NCBI RefSeq assembly: GCF_009834535.1
Contig: NC_045697.1
Coordinates: forward strand, 68,450,001 to 68,514,000
Direction of reading: 5' to 3'
DNA length: 64,000 nt
Origin: Camelus ferus
Taxonomy: Eukaryota
In this document: positions 54,201 through 64,000 of the stretch, in pieces
Layout of the letters: each line of letters opens with the position of its first letter
Numbering within the stretch: the stretch's first letter is position 1
The notes under the pieces: generated by a model
Seen by the model: the letters and a program-made list of their open reading frames with translations, nothing else
Told to the model about the DNA's origin: nothing
The model's database searches: none
Program-made: the position numbers and the translations under genes

Positions 54201-57200
54201 TTAAGTTTAATTTGGATACCATCACTCTTTAAGGAGTCAGACATTTTATACAAACAGTTAAGGATCCTGTTTGGAAAGCAATTGGCAGGGGGGTTCCTTC
54301 CCCCAGAGTTTTAAGTATGAGAGTGTATCATTGTCAAATCTAATTGCTCTCAGTGTTTTCCACAATTGATGGAGTTGAAGCCAACAAGTCCATAACATAT
54401 CTCATCATTATAGCTTTCTCACTGTGGGGTTGACTGGTGCATCTGCCCATATCAGATCAAGGGCCATTCAGATTTGTTTTTTAGTCTCTCTGCTGCTCTT
54501 ACAGAGTACAGTGGCCTCCTACCCTGAATATGTATTCACCAATCATTTAGATGAAGTGTGGATTCGTGAAGAAACCAAACAAAAATAAGTTTATGAAAAC
54601 AAAATCATAAAGAAACCAATATAACTAATTTTAAACATGATATAGGCAAAAGAAAAACTGATCTTCCGTATATAAGAACTATAAAATGTGCATAGACTTA
54701 AACTATAAACTGGGAAAAGGCTTATGCTATAATATGGGAATAACTACAAACTACCCATCAACTATAAGAGAGGCATAGAATTAGATACAACAACACACCA
54801 TGGGTAAAGAACACACACTGAGAAAAACTATGGCTCTGGTGGCTGCAGAATCCAAGTGCCATCAAATTACAGCCATAGAAGTTCATGAAGATAATTTTAT
54901 GTAATATCAAAAAAAATGATAATCACTAAGCTCATTATGTGTTCTTGGTGCTATGCTAGTTCAGACATGGTGATCCCTTTCAAAGGGAAGTCTTTTGAAA
55001 GGAGTACACTGATGTGAGTTAATGGGCATATGATGGTCCATCTTAGACGTAAGATGTTAGGGGTAACTTAGAGGTCATTTTCTCTTAGCACAGAAAAAAA
55101 TTGCCAATCAGGACAATTTCTTAGGATGTTCAGATAACACAGAATGGTAAATGTAAGCACAAATATGCATTCGTGCATCTGTATGTCTTGAGCCTGCATG
55201 TAGTGTGTAGAGAACTACAAAATTAGCATTCTAAATCAAGACCTGGCAGCATGTGACTAATAATTTCACAGACCTTAATTATTAGCCTCAAATATCTACA
55301 AATATTTTACTGCAGGTATTTTACTGTAAATGTGTATTCTAAAAATACAGCACCTTAGCAGGCAATCAGAATCACTTTCAGCACAAAAAATCAGATTGAA
55401 AAAAAAATCAGGATGAAACAGAGTCTTACAATTTTTTTTTCTTTTTTTGGCTTGCAATCTTAATTTTAACATCAACAATTAATCAACTTAACTTATCATG
55501 GTCAATTGACTTTCCATCCCAAAGGCCATTATATAGAATGGCAGGATGTTTCTTCTTAGAAATTGTGCCAGTTTCACTGTGGAACAGATGGCAAGTCAAC
55601 TGGGTTTAGGTGGGTAGTCTACATAATGCCATATTAAGTGACATCTTCCAGCAGGAAGTCAATTTCATTGGGCACTGGTGCCACCATGATACACCACAAG
55701 GCCATCTACTGCTTTCCTTAAGACCTGTTGCTACTGACAATGGAAACAGAGATTCTTGGGCAGTCATTGGAATATTCAAACAGTGCACTCCTGAAGATTC
55801 ATTACAAAAACATCCTAGCTTCCAGATGAATCCTTGCCCCTAACTGTTCAAACAGAGAAGGGCATGTGATTCTAGTCCACATTTTGAAAGAACTATTGGT
55901 TTAACAGATTAGAATGCATCTCATCTGTAGCATCAGACACACAGTCCACAACTTTTTTTTCAGGCTGAAAAAAGTGTTACTATGTTGCCTTTACCCCCAA
56001 TAATACAGTTGCCTAGATAACAGTAAATTGTCACTTCCACAGTAAAATAATAAAAATACTAATAACTTATAAAATTCCTCATTAGTATTAAATTCTTACC
56101 TAATAAAAACATATATGACAACGTATTTGGTTCTAAACTCAGATTAAATTTGGTGTGAATTTGTACATCCTTAGCATTAGCTTGGAGCAGAAATAACTTC
56201 CTCTTCTACTTTCCTGGAGCTCTGACTTTTATTTAACTTTAGATTAGCACTTCCATTTGTACACCAGAACATGCACCCTCGCTGGCATTCAATTATTCTG
56301 ATTTGAAATACTATCTCAGCCAACGAGCAGCTTCCAGTAGGGATCATGCAGCTGGCACAGCCATGGCAGAAACAACAACACTGCTTTGCCAACGTTCCCG
56401 TCTCATCTGTCCTCGGTAGCTTTATTGTTGTGCATGTTTATGGGCATGAATCTTCTTGTCCAAAGATTACAATACAAAAGAAGCAGGTCTCTGCCTCTGA
56501 AATGAGGACTAAAGCTTTAGAATGCGGTGCCTTTGATAGCAAAAATTGTAGCTAGGCAATTTACATCCTAGGGCACTAGTACTCACCTTTTTGCCAGATT
56601 GTAATCAGTTTTAAAATGTTCCCTGTTTACCAGCAAAAAGAAATACACCGATTATCTTTCAATAGCAACTTAAAAGTTATCTTAATGCCCAACTATTTCA
56701 TTATTTTTGAATAAAATAAGCAAGAATTTCCCTGCTTTCCGTGCTTATCTTTTTGTGACATCATTACAAAGTGATTGTGAATTGGAGCTTTTTTTCCTCA
56801 GTCAAGCATGCTCAAGTTCATATAATAAATCATCAACATTTTTAGAGAGACCCAGGCATTCTCCACTAGCACCTTTGTCTTTGAGTTTAGCTTTAAAATC
56901 CATCTCACATACACCTGCCTACCATGAGGAATGGCCAAAATATTTTGCTCAAAGTTCAGTTCTATAAAGCATTGCCTGGTGGCTAGAGTAGATGACAAAA
57001 AAGTGATAAGCAATATTTCAGTGAATCTGTATTTGCCCAGGATTGCTGTGTGACCCAGGAAATATGTGCCATGTATCTGTAGTTTGATAACATTTCATTC
57101 AAATTTGTCTGTCTTCATGCACAGGGCACAGAAAGTATTCACCCCAGAAAGATGGTTATTTTGGTTTATGAGTTTCGTGATATACCTTCACCTTACCCTC

Positions 57201-57279
57201 TACCCCTTTAAGATTTATTTCTCTGCTTCTTTATTTGGCCAAGGGGAAGTTAAGAAAAACTACTCAAGGAAGACAGACG

Positions 57280-57450
57280 CAGACAGTGCATTAGATACTT
57301 CGTCTTTATGGCCTTATTTCATTCTCACAACAACCAATTGAAATAGGAATTCTTGCCTCAGTTTTATAGTTCAGAGAACAAAAGCCAAGAGAGTTTAGGT
57401 AACTCTCCAAGACTCACAACTTATAAGCAAGAGCCAAAAGCCAAGATTTG
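57280..57450 (-). mobile_element. MIR fragment
   Basis: cttatttcattctcacaacaacc..aaataggaatt..cagttttatagt. Confidence 0.65.
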
Positions 57451-57469
57451 TTAAGTAGAGCCCCAGGTA

Positions 57470-58059
57470 TCTGCTGATGAGCTGTGGTTCAACAAAAGAC
57501 CACAAGGTAATTGAAGTAGAGAAGTTTATTACTCACAGGTCTTCGGGGATGTAGAGACATTCCTGAGAGACTGCATGAGAAGGTCAAGGCAAGGGTTAGG
57601 GAAGGGTTTTTAAAGACTGTGAGAGAGAGTGTCACACAGTGTGTGACCAGCTCGTGCACAGTGCTCTGATTGATTGATGGTGTAGTAATAGGGTGGTATT
57701 TCTAGAGTCAATATTATCAGCTTTGTTTTTCCAACTGATTTGGGGTCTACATGCTGGTCAGCAGTTAACTTCTTTCACCTGGTGGAGGTTTTAGTGTCTG
57801 CAAAACAACTCAAGGATACATCTCAGAATATTATCTATAGCCCTTAAGGAGGAACTATAGGTCCTCGACTTTGTTTTTTTACACTGTTGTTTTGTCTTGC
57901 TTGACAGCTTTCTTTTGTTTCTGCATTAAATTTGCTCTTTGGTACTTGGAGAAGGCCTAGGAGGCTAAAGCTTTTGTACAAGTAAGAAGAAGGGGACACT
58001 GGGCAGGGAAAGGGGGAATCTATCCCCAGGAAGGCCCCCTAGGGTGTTGCTAGGTTTCA
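57470..58059 (-). mobile_element. Solo ERV1-like LTR (mosaic)
   Basis: Ends ...gctaggtttca (58059). Right part is homologous to 2885-3358 and left part to 1415-1545. Minus-strand AATAAA near 57525. Confidence 0.85.
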
Positions 58060-58139
58060 CTGTGAGCATTTGGAGTCTTCGTTTGTGTTTAAAATATAAA
58101 ACAGTGAAACAGAGGGTGAACTGTAAGACATAATACTTT

Positions 58140-58539
58140 TGTATGATGGGCAAAATAATGACCCCCTCCCTAACCTGAATCTATGAATATGTTACCTTGC
58201 TCAGCAGAAAGGACTTGCAGGTGTGGTTGAATTAAGGCTCTTGAGATGGAGTGATATTCATAGATTATCAGGGAGAGCTCAATGTAATCACAAGTGTCCA
58301 AGAGTTTGGAGTGATATAATTGCTAGATTTGAAGAAAGAAGAGGGGCAGCCTCTAGAAAAAGAGAAAGAAATTCTCCAAAGCCTTCAGGAGGAATACATC
58401 TCTGCCAAAAGCTTGATTTTAGTCTCAGGAAGCCCCTCTTAGTACTTCTGACCTCCAGAACTGTAAGACAATAAATTTATGTTGTTTTAAGTCACTAAGT
58501 TTGTGGTAATTAGTTACATCAACTATAGGAAACAATTCA
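58140..58539 (+). mobile_element. MaLR solo LTR (MLT1D-like, internally deleted)
   Basis: gaatatgttacct..ttgcaggtgtggtt..aaggctcttgagatgg; ttctgacctccagaactgtaagacaataaattt..ttaagtcactaagtttgtggtaatt. Confidence 0.88.
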
Positions 58540-60141
58540 GTGCAATTTTAGCTCACATATGAAATATTTTAATAAATTTTAAGAGCTTTAAAATTGAAAG
58601 TAATTCTCTTTTAAATTGTTATATTAATGAAGGACAAGTCAAAAATAATGATTATTATTAAATACTACATAATTATTACTCAAAATAATTTTGTCACAGA
58701 GAAGAGAGAGATGTTAACAAAAGATATCAAGTATGCTAGGTCCGTCACGGCTCTGGTGTTTAAAGTTCAAGAATGCAATTGGCTTTTCCCCATTCTGTCA
58801 CATTTATGTGCTACCTGCTCTGATTTATTCATTTTTAACCTCCTTTCTCTGTATTATCTTCTCCATTTATATCCCTAACTGGACTGGTTAAACACAATTT
58901 TTAAAGTTTGTATCAAGATACTTATACTACAGGAGGAAAAAAGGAAAAAAGATAAATTGCTTCTGTAACAGGAACAGCCACTATTATTTCTTTGAGGGCA
59001 GAGATCACACCTTATTCATCCTTCCCCCTCAGCATCTAACACAAGGTCTGACACATAATAGAACAACCAATTAACTTTGATTAATAAATAAACCACAAAA
59101 AGCAAAGGTTTATATTTTGAATGTTCTCACTCCCCAGATACCTCCTACATAACTTTTGGGTGTCTTTTAATATTCTGCTTCAAAGCTATATATTTACCAA
59201 AATTTTCCTAGGTACCCTCCACTCAGAGTTAAGTTCTTTCTTCTCTAATTCTTATGGACTATTTTTACCACTGTATATAGATCTTAGCGTGGCCTGCTAC
59301 ATTTTAAATCTAATTATATGTGATTTTATTTTCTCTGATAAATTAAAAGCTCTTAATGGTTAAGGGCATGCAATTTACTCATAACTGTGGTCACCATAGA
59401 ACCTATAGGATAATTTTCATACTTACATGATCAATAAATCATTGTTCAATTTCAGTTGAAAGCACCATCTCATCATTACCTATTTCATTTCTGTCAATTC
59501 ATGCTTTTAAAGGTATAAGAATGTCAAACATCTTTACATCCACTTTAAAAGCCATACATAGTAAGAGCATACCTTTACCTCATTACCTTTACTTATTTTA
59601 TACTATAATGCATCAAATGAAGAAATTTTCTCCAGGGAACTGATTCAGCGTATTTGAATCAGTTATTATATCAGTCATTATTTGAGATTTCAATATATGT
59701 TACATGCACTTGTTCGTGGCCCTGGATATAAATGAGTTATTTTTCCTTTCCTTATCAAAGCTGTACAGTTTAAATGAATCTTTTTGATACAAATACATTT
59801 TCAATGCATTTTCAAAACATTTTTCTTCCTCTTTTTCCTCTCTGAATCCTCACCTTACCCCTGCCCACATTATATTACTGCATGTCTTATCCTTATTTTC
59901 TCCATCTAAGTGACCCAGTGAGATTTATGGAGACTGAATGGTAATGGCTTTAATAAAAGATTTGACGTGAAACTGCCTTTGCAATTTAAGAGTATACCCC
60001 CCACAGTCTTTCCTGGAAACTAAAATAATCTGGACGTCAGCCTTACTTCTTCATGTACAAAGGCAGACAGTTGGAATTTCAGATGAAGTATCTAATTTCC
60101 CCCTGCTTCCAAGACTCCCTAAGCTCAAAGCAAGTGACAAT

Positions 60142-60179
60142 ACTACCTGCCTGTGACACTACCACCTGCCTGTGACACT
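60142..60179 (+). repeat. 19-bp tandem duplication
   Basis: actacctgcctgtgacact / accacctgcctgtgacact. Confidence 0.9.
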
Positions 60180-60791
60180 AACATTGTTATGCCAGGACCC
60201 CAGTGAACAGCAGCTTTTCCAAAGTCTGATGAAAAAATATCAACAGAAAAGCTGTCAAAAAGAATGGTATCCAGCTTGACTCTGACATTTCTGTCAGAAA
60301 CAATCCACATTGCTGTATTTCAGATAAACCAAGTCTAAGACGTTTTACAAGTAAGTGCTAAGTTTTTAGGAAACAGTAAAGGAGTTTTAAAGCCAAGATG
60401 AAAAAAAATTGAGAAAAATGAATTTGGCTGGAAGATACTGAAAAGATAAAGTCTTCTCTCAGATGAAGATCCTCTCTGAAGAAAAAAAATAGTCTCAATG
60501 AAATGCAGAAAACATAGCATTAACAAATACAATACCAATACATATATCTTGTCATAGAGTTTGTTTTAAACCACACAGTGGCTACGGGTATGGTTTCATA
60601 GACTAAGGATTCAAATATTTCAGATAACATTTGTAAACATTTTTCTTCTAAGAAAGCGTAGGAGAAATAACATTTTGAGACTCAAATTGCTTATAAAGAA
60701 AACATCTCCACATCCCTCTGTAGAAATCAGCGTGGAAGGGAAGTAGTAACTCTTAGAGATAATGAAAGAGAATACGCTTTTAAAATATGGA

Positions 60792-60950
60792 CTGTGGTGT
60801 GCTGGAGTCAGCTCATACTGGTTGATGAGTATTAAGATAATTCTGTAAGTATTAAGGAATTCTCTTAAACCATGGGTAACTTGAAATTGTCCACAGTGGA
60901 GGAATTTACACCATGGAAATTATTTACACATAATTATTTAGCACATGCTA
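60792..60950. mobile_element. MER63-like hAT-Blackjack fragment
   Basis: ctgtggtgtgctggagtcagctcatactgg; aacttgaaatt..atttacaccatggaaatt. Confidence 0.7.
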
Positions 60951-61714
60951 ATTTATGGAGCATTGTTTAGCCTACTGTGAGCTATTTTATATATACTTGG
61001 AAGAAGGAAGTACATATTTAACTAGTCTAAATTAGCTTACTTATAGTTAGCTCTCATTACAGAGGTTTCACTACACAAGTTGATAGTTGTTTTGTAATTG
61101 TTATCCTGTTGTTTCATGTGTCTATGTTTTATTTCCTCAACTATCTTCTAAGGGTGTCATAATCAAGAACAATATTTTCTATTTTATATTCCTGTCTAGA
61201 AGACCTGCATGCACTACTAGTTGTAAGATTACAATAAATGCTTAATTTATGTCAGATAATTGAATACATATTTTAAAAAACAGTAATATTCTCAAGAGGC
61301 AAATAAATGTAATGTTGTTTTGTGCATCTTGAGTCAAAAACTTAGTTTCAAAAGCAATAATGTTAAGAAAAATATCCTTTATTATTGTGGTAGATATAAA
61401 CATACAAACTTACCCTCTTTGGTACATATCATCCTTCATTTTACTAGGCTGTTATCTTGAAGCAAAGCTGATATTTTGTCTTTTTGACAATTGTCTATGC
61501 TAATCACCAGGGATGGTGCTTTGTTGTATTTGTTTATCAATAAGTGTTCATTAAATGACGTATTAGCTCTCTCTCTTAATAGCCACAGCAAGAATGAGAG
61601 ACCAAATGTCTGAGTTCCTAAGCTTTCATGGGCCAGTTTCTGTGTTCTCAGTTATAGTTTTTAGTTGCTTATTGCTAGATCAGAAAAATGCTAATGATAT
61701 TTGCAAGATTTTTT

Positions 61715-61853
61715 TTCTCTTTTAAGAAAGGAAGCATTTTCTTTTTTTTAACATTTTTTATTGATTTATAATCATTTTACAATGTTGTGTCAAATTCCAG
61801 TGTAGAGCACAATTTTTCAGTTATACATGAACATATGTATATTCATTGTCACA
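61715..61853 (-). mobile_element. Very short young L1 3' end with 25 extra bp between two A tails
   Basis: 14-bp TSD TTGCAAGATTTTTT at 61701-61714 and 61854-61867. L1 3' terminus at 61742-61853. Confidence 0.9.
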
Positions 61854-62139
61854 TTGCAAGATTTTTTGTATTCAGCAAAATCTCTTTTTCACTTTAATAA
61901 CTTTTTGATTCTGTTGAACTTTCTGTGTAGATAATCATGTCAACTTTCTATATCATGTTAAAATAAGAAATATTTTTTAGACCATGTAGATTTTAGCCAG
62001 GACCTCCAAACCTGCATTGTATAGTTGCAGTTCTATAGGAAACTATATTGTCCTGATCTTTAAAAAAAAAATGATATTTGCTTAAAATTCTTTAGTAAAT
62101 ACTCTATCAAGTGAATGTCCTTTTAATTCACAATTTTCT

Positions 62140-64000
62140 TTTTTTTATTAAGGCATATCTAATTTACAATTTTATATTAGTTTCAGGTGTACAACATAGT
62201 GATTCACAATTTTAAAAGGTTATTATACTCAATTTAAAGTTATTAGAAAATATTGGCTATACCCTGTGCTATACAATATATCCTTGTGGCTGATTTATTT
62301 TACACATAATAGTTTGTACTTCTTTTTTTTTTCATTTTTAAAGACACTTTTATTGTGATATGGTCTCTGTACAGTAAGCTACACATATTTCAAATGTACA
62401 ATTTGATGACTTTAGATAGATGTATACACCAATGAAACCATTACCACAATCAAGATAGTTATTATTGACATCTCTCCCAAGAGGTGCAATTTTCAAATTC
62501 CCAATTTATCCCTCCCAACCCCTTTATCCCCTGGTAACCATAAGTTTGTTCTCTATGTCCATGAGTCTATTTCTGTTTAGTAGATAAGTTCATTTATGTC
62601 CTTTTTTTTAGATTCCACATATAAGTGATATCTATGGCATTTTTCTTTCTCTTTCTTGCTTACTCATTTAGAATGACAATCTCCAGGTCCATCTGTGTTG
62701 CTGCAAATGGCATTATTTTATTCTTTTTTATGGCTGAGTAGTATTCCTGTGTGTGTGTGTGTGTTGTGTGTATCTTCTTTATCCAGTCATCTCTTTCTTT
62801 CTTTAAACATTTTTTTTATTGAGTTATAATCATTCTACAATGTTGTGTCAAATTCCAGTGTAGAGCACAATTTTTCAGTTATACATGAACATACATACAT
62901 TTATTGTCACTTTCTCTTTCACTGTGAGCCATCACAAGATCCTGTATATATTTCCCTGTGCTACACAGTACAGTCTTGTTTATCTTTACTTCTTAATCCC
63001 CTATCCCTATCATGCTTCTCCCTCTTCCCTCTCCCCACTGGTAACCACTATTTTATTCACTATATCTGTGAGTCTGCTGCTTTTTTTGTTTTATTCACTA
63101 GTTTGTTATATTTTTTAGATTCTATATATAAGTGATACCTTACAGTATTTGTCTTTCTCTGACTGACTTATTTCACTGAATATAGTACCCTCCAAGTCCA
63201 TCCATGTTATTGCAAATGGCAAAACTTCATTCTTTTATGGCTATATATAGCCATATATATACACACACACCACATCTTATGTATCCATTCATTTGTTGAT
63301 GGACACTTAGATTGCTTTCATATCTTGGCTATTGTAAATAATGCTGCTATGAATATTGGAGTGCATGTAGCTTTTTGAATTGGTGTTTCTGTTTTCTTTG
63401 GATATATACCCAGGAGTGGAATTGTGAGATTACATGGTATTTCTATTTTTATTTTTTTGAGGAACCTCCATACTGTTTCCCATAGTGGCTACATCAATTA
63501 TTTTCCCACCAGCAGTGTACGAAGTTTCCCTTTTCTCCACTTCTTCCCCAACATTTATTATTTGTGATCTTTTTGATGATAGCCATCTGATAGATATGAC
63601 ATGATATATCATTGTAGTTTTCTGATGATTAGCAATGTTGAAAATCTTTTCATGTGCCTGTTGGCCATCTGTATGTCTTCTTTGGAAAAATATCTATTCC
63701 AGTCTTTTGCTCATTTTTTGATTGGATTGTTTATTTTTTGATATTGAGTTATAAGGGCTATTTATATACTTTGGATACTAACCCCTTATTGGTCACACTT
63801 GCAAATATTTTCTGCCATTCAGTAGGCTGTCTTCATTTTTTTTTTTTTTTTTGATGATTTCCTTTGCTGTGAAAAACTTTTTCAGTTTACTTAGGTTTTG
63901 TTTAATTTTGCTCTTGTTTCCTTTACTTTAGGAAACTGATCCACCCCCCAAAAAAATATTGCTATGATTTATGTTAAAGAATGTTCTGCCTATGTTTTCT
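62140..64000 (-). mobile_element. Older cetartiodactyl-type L1 (3' UTR and ORF2 3' end), interrupted at 62325-62986, running off the window end
   Basis: Poly-T head at 62140. The UTR joins across the insert (agtttgtacttctt|aatcccctatccc). ORF2 remnant YHVISIR..NVGEEVEKRE on the minus strand (63430-63612). Confidence 0.9.
62325..62986 (-). mobile_element. Young L1 3' end (62795-62986) plus about 460 bp of downstream sequence and a second A tail, within one TSD
   Basis: 8-bp TSD TACTTCTT at 62317-62324 and 62987-62994. T run at 62323-62332. Minus-strand AATAAA at 62349-62354. Confidence 0.82.

Noticed and set aside
56243..56419. 58-codon open frame after an acceptor-like ttttatttaactttag
   Set aside because: No convincing donor and no recognisable protein; the length is within chance expectation.
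1..64000. CRISPR array, tRNA/rRNA/snRNA genes, NUMT, processed pseudogene or non-retroviral viral insert
   Set aside because: No repeat-spacer array, RNA gene signature, mitochondrial-like segment or long gene-like ORF was seen by eye. A database search could still reveal decayed examples.

Overview
AT-rich, CpG-depleted mammalian genomic DNA. It is most likely camelid (alpaca/camel): I recognise the young L1 3' ends as the camelid type, and I saw no Alu, Bov-A/tA or PRE-1 SINEs. This was not database-checked. No host protein-coding gene, RNA gene or CRISPR array can be supported. The only ORFs I can assign are decayed Tigger1 transposase and L1 ORF2 pieces; ERVL gag-like and CR1-like remnants appear on manual translation. 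The window is intergenic or deep-intronic and rich in transposable elements: L2, MIR, CR1/L3, MER5, MER63, a near full-length Tigger1, MaLR/ERVL/ERV1 LTRs, a two-LTR ERV3-16A3-type provirus remnant and several young L1 insertions. Points of most interest: (i) an unexplained 117-bp, 96.6% identical direct repeat (12212-12328 / 12903-13019) overlapping a CpG-retaining, TATA-containing segment; (ii) two L1 insertions with apparent 3' transductions; (iii) a twin-primed (5'-inverted) L1; (iv) a mosaic LTR. I found no convincing new multi-component biological system. Repeat family names come from recalled consensus sequences, and boundaries of old repeats are approximate.
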